DNA of 64,000 bases. It comes from the human T2T-CHM13v2.0 reference genome, Homo sapiens. The notes under the pieces are model-generated. The model was not told the DNA's origin. It was given only the letters and a program-made list of their open reading frames with translations, and made no database searches. How positions within the stretch are numbered: the stretch's first letter is position 1; each line of letters begins with the position of its first letter. Both the position numbers and the translations under genes were made by a program. The stretch is taken from assembly GCF_009914755.1 (NCBI RefSeq), contig NC_060932.1; one strand, written 5' to 3'. Of this stretch, positions 57,746 to 64,000 are shown piece by piece.

Positions 57746-59261
57746 TGATATGGTTTGGCTGTGTCCCAAATCTCACCTTGAATTGTAGTTTCCATAATCC
57801 CCAAGTGTCATGGGAAGGACCAGGTAGAGATAATTGAATAATGGGGATGATTTCCCCCATTCTGATCTCATGATGATGAGTTAGTTCTCACAAGATCTGA
57901 TGGTTTTATAAGGGGTTCCCCCTTTTCTGAGCACTAATTCACCTCCTTGCTGCTACCATGTGAAGAAGGACATGTTTGCTTCCCCTTGTACCATGATTAT
58001 CAACTTCCTGAGGCCTCCCCAGACATGCTGAACTGTGATTCAATTAACATCTTTCCTTTATAAATTACCCAGTCTCGGGTATGCCTTTATTAGCAGCAGT
58101 GTGAGAACGGACTAAAACAGTAAATTCGTACTGCAGAGAGTGGGGTGCTGCTATAAAGATACATGGAAATGTGAAAATGACTTTGGAACTGGGTAACAGG
58201 CAGAGATTGGGACAGTTTGGAGGTCTCAGAAGAAGACAGGAAATTGTGGGAAAGTTTGGAACTTCCTAGAGACTTGGAAGTCTCAGAAGGCAGGAAGATG
58301 TGGGAAAGTTTGGAACATCCTAGAGACTCGTTGAAGGGCTTTAACCATAATGCTGATAGTGATATAGATGATGAAGTCCAGGCAGAGGTGGTCTCCGATG
58401 GAGATGGGGAACTTGTTGGGAACTGGAGTAAAGGTCACTCTTGATATGCAAAGAGACTGGCAGCATATTTGCCCCTGCCCTAGAGATCTGGGAAACTTTG
58501 AACTTGAGAGAAATGATTTTGGGTATCTGGCAGAAGAAATAGTCCCTACTGGGGTACTGCCTAATGAAGCTGTGAGAAGAGGACTACCATCCTCCAGACC
58601 CCAGAATGGTAGATACACTGACAGCTTGCACCATGTGCCTGGAAAAGCTGCAGACACTCAGTGGAAGCCCATGACAGCTGCCGGGAGTGGGGCTGTACCC
58701 TGCAAAGTCACAGGGGCAGAGCTACCCAAGGCCATGGGAGTCCATCTCTTGCATCAGCATGACCTGGATGTGAGACATATAGTCAAAGGAGATCCGTTTG
58801 GAACCATAAGGTTTAATGACTGTCCCATTGGATTTTGAACTTGCATAGAGCCTGTCGTCGCTCCTCTGTTTGGCCAATTTCTCCCATTTGGAATGGGTGT
58901 ATTTACCCAATGCCTTTACTCCATTGTATCTAGGAAGTAACTAACTTGATTTTGATTTTACAGGCTCACAAGCCAGAGGGACTTGCCTTTTCTCAGATGA
59001 GACTTTTGACTTGGACTTTTGTGTTAATGCTAGAATGAGTTATGACTTTGGGAGACTTTTGGGAAGGCATGATTGGTTTTGAAAAGTGAGGACATGAGAT
59101 TTAGGAGGGGCCAGGGAGAGAATTATATGGTTTGGCTGTGTCCTGACACAAATCTCATCTTGAATTTTAGCTCCCATAATCCTCATGTGTTGTGGGAGGG
59201 ACCCAGTGGGAGGTAATTGATTCATGGGGTTGAGTTTTCCCACTCACTTGGGACACACGTG
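57746..59261 (+). mobile_element. THE1 (THE1C/D-like) MaLR provirus: 5' LTR 57746-58119, deleted internal region 58120-59122, truncated 3' LTR 59123-59261
   Basis: tgatatggtttggctgtgtccc LTR start twice; LTR end ggactaaaaca; THE1-int ORF remnant (DRKLWESLELPRDL..EVQAEVVSDGDGELVGNWSKGHS). Confidence 0.93.
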
Positions 59262-61895
59262 CACCAGAGTCCCTGCCCCTATCAAATCAGTGCCATATGA
59301 TCAGAAAGAGCTCCCAAGCTAGCAGCTTCTCCCAAAAGATAGAGGGAGTTTTTCTGTGCATCCAGTGCCCTGACTTTCCTAACGGGGCTTCCCAGAGGAC
59401 TGACCTCTGTCCTCCCAGTGTTAAATCTCAGACAGGTGTATCCAGCTTGGAGGAGAATGGAGATAGGAGCTTGGGCTTGGGCTTATAAACACAATAACTT
59501 CTTCCTCTCCTGAGTACAGAACAATCAGTTAAAAAGGTTCAACTCTCAGCTTTCCCCTGTAGAGAAAATAAAAACATAGAACTATGTGTATGGTAGAATT
59601 CCAGTATTGCAGACCAGGAATGGTGCTTGCTTTATATAATCACAGAAAATCAAGAAAAATGAAGAATTAAGAGAAGATGCCTCAAACAAAAGGGTAAGAT
59701 AAATCCCCAGAAACTAGCTCTAATGAAATGAAGTAATGTGATTTACTTGACAGAGAATTCAAAATAACTTTCATAACGATGTTCACTGAAGTCAAGAGAA
59801 GAATGCATGAACAAAGGGAGGATTTCAACAAAGATATAGAAAATTTATATGTAAGAAATATCAAACAGAAATTAGAAGGCTTACAAATATAATAATTAAA
59901 CTGAAAAATTTACCAGATATGTTTAAGAGCAGACTATATCAAGAAGAAGAAAGAACTGGCAAATTTGAAGAAAAGTTATAAAATGATTCAGTTAGAGAAA
60001 CAAAAGAAAAAAAAGCAAAAGAGTGAAGAAAGCTTTAGCGGCTTATGGAATACCAACAAGGGGACCAATATAAATATTATGGGGATCTCAGAGAGACAAG
60101 AGAAAGAACCAGAGATCTTATTCCATGAAATAATGGATGAAAACTTCATACATCTGAAGAAGGAAATGAACATCCAGATCCAAGAATCTCAAAAGTCATC
60201 AAATAAAAAATAAAAATAAAAATCAACACCAAAACACATTATAATCAACTTGTTGAAAGTCAAAGACTGAGAGAATTTTGAAAGCAGTGAGAGAAAAATG
60301 ACTGGTTAGATACAATGGAAACTCCACAATACTATCAATAGATTTTTTTCAGCAGAAACTTTACAGTCCAGAAGGTAGAGGGACGATTTATTCAAAGTAC
60401 AGTAAGAAAAAAACTGTCACCAAAATTACTATGCCCGACAAAATTGTCATTCAATAATAAAGGAAAGATAAAGAATTCCTCAGACAAACTAAAGCAGAGG
60501 GAATTCATCACAACTATACTTGTTTACAAAAAATGCAAAAGGGAATTCTTTAAGCTTAAAGAGTGCTATACAGCAACACGATAGCATAAAAAAATTTGCA
60601 ACTTTTTGGTACAGGTATATATATCTAGAAAAATGCAGAATATTATTTTTCTGTAATGGCAGTGGATAAATCACTTTTGATTCACATACAAAAGCTAAAA
60701 GAAAAAACTATTAAAATAACTAACAAAATATGTTTAAAGGCACATAATATGAACAGATGCAAATTGTGACAACATAAAATGAGAGAAGGAGGAGTTAAAG
60801 TGTTATTTTTTCATGTGATCAAAAGTAAGGTGTCATGGCTGTTATGATATCTTATGTAAGTACCAAAATAACCACAGAAAAAAACCCTACAGAACATAGA
60901 AAGGAATCAAAGCACATCAATTAAAAAAACCCAACAGAACACAGAGGAAGACACAAGAGAAAAAAAAGGCAGACAATACAACTACAAGACTAAATGAAAA
61001 CAACTAACAAAATGTAAATAATAAATATTTTTCCATAAAAATTTAAATATTTTCTAATCAAAAGACAAAGAGTAGTTGAATAGCTAAAAAACCCACAAAA
61101 AATCAGAATTAAGCTATATGCTGCCTCCATGAACCTCTCTTTAGGTGTTAGGACACATATAGGCTGAAAATGAAGGCATAGAAAAAGATATTACCTCCAA
61201 ATGAGATTGAAAAGAGAGTAGGGGTCACTATATTTATAGCAGATGAAATAAAGTTTAAGTCAAAACTGTCACAAGAGACAAAGAAGGATATTCCACAATG
61301 AAAAAGGGTTAATACATCAGGAAGATATAACAATTATAAATATATGTGCACCCAACTTTAGAGCACGTAAATATACAAAGAAAACATTAACAGAACTGGA
61401 GGAAGAGGTACACAGCAATGAAATCATAGTAGTAGACTTCAATACTTTACTTTCAATCCTGAATAGAACACTCAGACAGAAGATCAATAAGGAAACAGAA
61501 CTTGACTAAGAACAGTAACAGTCAAATGGCCTTAAGGAAACAACAGAAAGACAAAAGACAGCCTATGAAATGAGAGACTATATTTGCAAAACTTACATCT
61601 AAGAAGGGTTTAATATCCAAAGATATTTGAAGAAATGATGCAGCTTAATAACAAAAGAGAGTAATCCAATTTAAATATGGGCTAAGGACTTGAACAGACA
61701 TTTCTCCAAAAAAGACATACAAATGGACACAGGTTATGTAAAGCTGGTTGCTGTCACTAACATACAGAAAGTAGGTTGGAGGCTACCAGGGGCTGGGGAG
61801 AGGGCCAGGAAATGGAAAACTATTGTCTACCAGAAAAATGCAAATCAAAGCCACAATGAGATATTACTTCATACCTAGCTGGGTGGCTATTTTTT
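59262..61895 (+). mobile_element. Old L1M: 5' UTR, ORF1 and fragmented ORF2
   Basis: ORF1 remnant (LFHEIMDENFIHLKKEMNIQIQESQ), endonuclease motif aatatatgtgcacccaac, ORF2 C-terminus (NRHFSKKDIQM). Confidence 0.85.
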
Positions 61896-61899
61896 TTTA

Positions 61900-62720
61900 A
61901 TGACAATTTAATGGTGTCCTCATGAAATGCATTGGAAAATACTTTCTTTTCTACTTCCTGAAAATGTTTATGTAAGACAGATATTATTTCTTCCTTAAAT
62001 ATACAAATTGATAAAGCCATTTGGATATAGAATTCTTTGTTTCTTTCTGTGTGTTTTGGTAATTTGTTTTCAAAAAATATTTCACTTTTTAAAACTATTT
62101 TTTATTGTGGTACATATAAAACATAACACCATTTTAACCACTTTAAGTGTACAGTTCACAGGCATTAATTACATTCACAATGTTATGCAACCATCACCAC
62201 ATTTATTTCTCAAATTTTGCATTATCCTAAGCAACAATTTCCTATTTACTGCCCCTCTCCCCAGTCTCTGCCAGCCTCTAACTAGCTTTCTGTCTGTATG
62301 AATTTGCTTACTTCCTGTAAGTGGAATCAAACAATATTTGCCCTTTTTACCTGGCTTATTTCATTCAGTATAAGGTTCATTCATGTATTAGAACTTTGTT
62401 ATTTTTATGGTGAAATAATATTCCACAAAGCAAGATGTATATGACACATCTTGTTTATCTGTTGATCTACTGACGGAAGCTTAGGTTGTTTCCACCATTT
62501 GGCTATTGTGAATAATGCTTCTATAAAACATTGGCAGACAAGTAACTGTTTTATTTTATTTGTTATATTTGTTTGTATAAAATTGTTTATAATATTCCCT
62601 CCTTATGTGACTTTTTTCTTTATTCTTTATCCTTCTAATTATATTAGATTTACTTGCTCTTTTTTTCCAACTGCTTAAAGTGAAAATTTACATCATTTAT
62701 TCCAAAGTTTCTTCATTTCT
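61900..62720 (-). mobile_element. Antisense L1M fragments including an L1MB-type 3' end (about 62095-62550)
   Basis: tttttattgtggta...ttaagtgtacagttca...ttaggttgtttccacc. Confidence 0.82.
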
Positions 62721-63796
62721 TATTGGGGAACCTGCCCCAATAGTCACGTAGGTTCTTTTCTGTTTTCCTTAAGCATCGGCCGGCTTGCGAAATAAAGGGA
62801 CAGAGTACAAAAGAGGGAAATTTTAAAGCTGGGCGTCCGGGGGAGACATCACATGTCGGTAGGTTCCGTGATGCCCCACAAGCCACAAAAACCAGCAAGT
62901 TTTTATTAGGGAGTTTCAAAAGGGGAGGGAGTGTGCGAACAGGGCGTGGGTCACAGAGATCACGTACTTTACAAGGTAATAGAATATCACAAGGCAAATG
63001 GAGGCAGGGAAAGATCACAGGACCACAGGACTGGGGCAAAATTAAAATTGCTAATGAAGTTTTGGGCACCATTGTCATTGATAACATCTTATCAGGAGAC
63101 AGGGTTTTGAGAGCAACCAGTCTGACCAAAATTTATTAGGCGGGAATTGCCTCTTCCTAATAAGCCTGGGAGCGATATGGGAGACTGGGGTCTATTTCAC
63201 CCCTACGGTCTACAGACCATAAAAGATGCGCACGCCCAGGGGGGCCATCTATAGACCTATACCCCCAGGCGCGTATTCTCTTTCCCAGGGATGTTCCTTG
63301 CTGAGAAAAAGAATTCAGCCATACTTCTCCCATTTGCTTTTGAAAGAAGAGAAATATGGCTCTGTTCCGCCCGGTTCACCAGCGGTGAGAGTTTAAGGTT
63401 ATCTCTCTTGTTCCCTAAACATTGCTGTTATCCTGTTCTTTTTTCAAGGTGCCCAGATTTCATATTGCTCAAACACACATGCTCTACAATTTGTGCAGTT
63501 AATGCAATTATCACAGGGTTCTGAGGTGACATACATCCTCCTCGGCTTAGGAGATGATAGGATTAAGAGATTAAAGACAGGTTTAGGAAATCACAAGGGT
63601 ATTGATTGGGGAAGTGATAAGTGTCCATGAAATCTTTACAATTTATGTTTAGAGATTGCAGTAAAGACAGGCATGAGAAATTATAAAAGTATTAATTTGG
63701 GGAACTAATAAATGTCCATGAAATCTTCACAATCCATGTTCTTCTGCCATGGCTTCAATTGGTCCCTCCGTTTGGGGTCCCTGACTTCCCGCAACA
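62721..63796 (-). mobile_element. MER11B/C solo LTR (HERV-K HML-8), about 1076 bp
   Basis: Right end ggggtccctgacttcccgcaaca is the reverse complement of the MER11 start TGTTGCGGGAAGTCAGGGACCCC; left end ggggaacctgccccaatagtcacgtagg. Confidence 0.94.
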
Positions 63797-64000
63797 TCTT
63801 CTAACGTACACAACTAAAGCTATAAAGTTCTCTAATCACTGTTTAGCTATATCTCACAAATTATGCTGCTTTGATTACATTTTACTTCAAGTATTTTCCA
63901 ATTTCTTTGTGATTTCTTTTGAATAGGTTTTATTTAGAAGTATTTAATTTCCTAATATCTTTATTTTGTTTTGATTTCTAATTTTGTACTATTGTTACTA
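63797..64000 (-). mobile_element. L1M ORF2 antisense fragment (continues the element split by MER11)
   Basis: aaagctataaagttctctaatcactgtttagctatatctcacaaatt. Confidence 0.75.

Noticed and set aside
58217-58838. 75-156-aa ORFs
   Set aside because: THE1 internal-region remnants with stops and a deletion.

Overview
AT-rich, repeat-dominated primate genomic DNA, most likely human: it carries an AluYa5 with all the diagnostic bases. It looks intergenic or deep-intronic. I found no protein-coding exon, RNA gene or CpG island that I can support. The listed ORFs are chance ORFs or remnants of Alu, L1, Tigger1, THE1 and MER11. The window holds about 15 Alus, many L1 fragments (dense after 33 kb), MIR/L2 relics, MaLR and ERV LTRs (MLT1, THE1D, MER11), and DNA-transposon fossils (Tigger1, Tigger2a, Tigger3, MER6, MER47, MER58, MER85). 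The most notable item is a ~1 kb retrocopy consisting only of the long HNRNPA1 3' UTR, inserted with a TSD into a Tigger1. Smaller items include a fold-back at an L1 5' junction, an 80-bp dispersed duplication next to microduplications, recent tandem duplications and two candidate regulatory islands. Family calls come from remembered consensus sequences, not from a search. I found no evidence for a novel multi-gene system.
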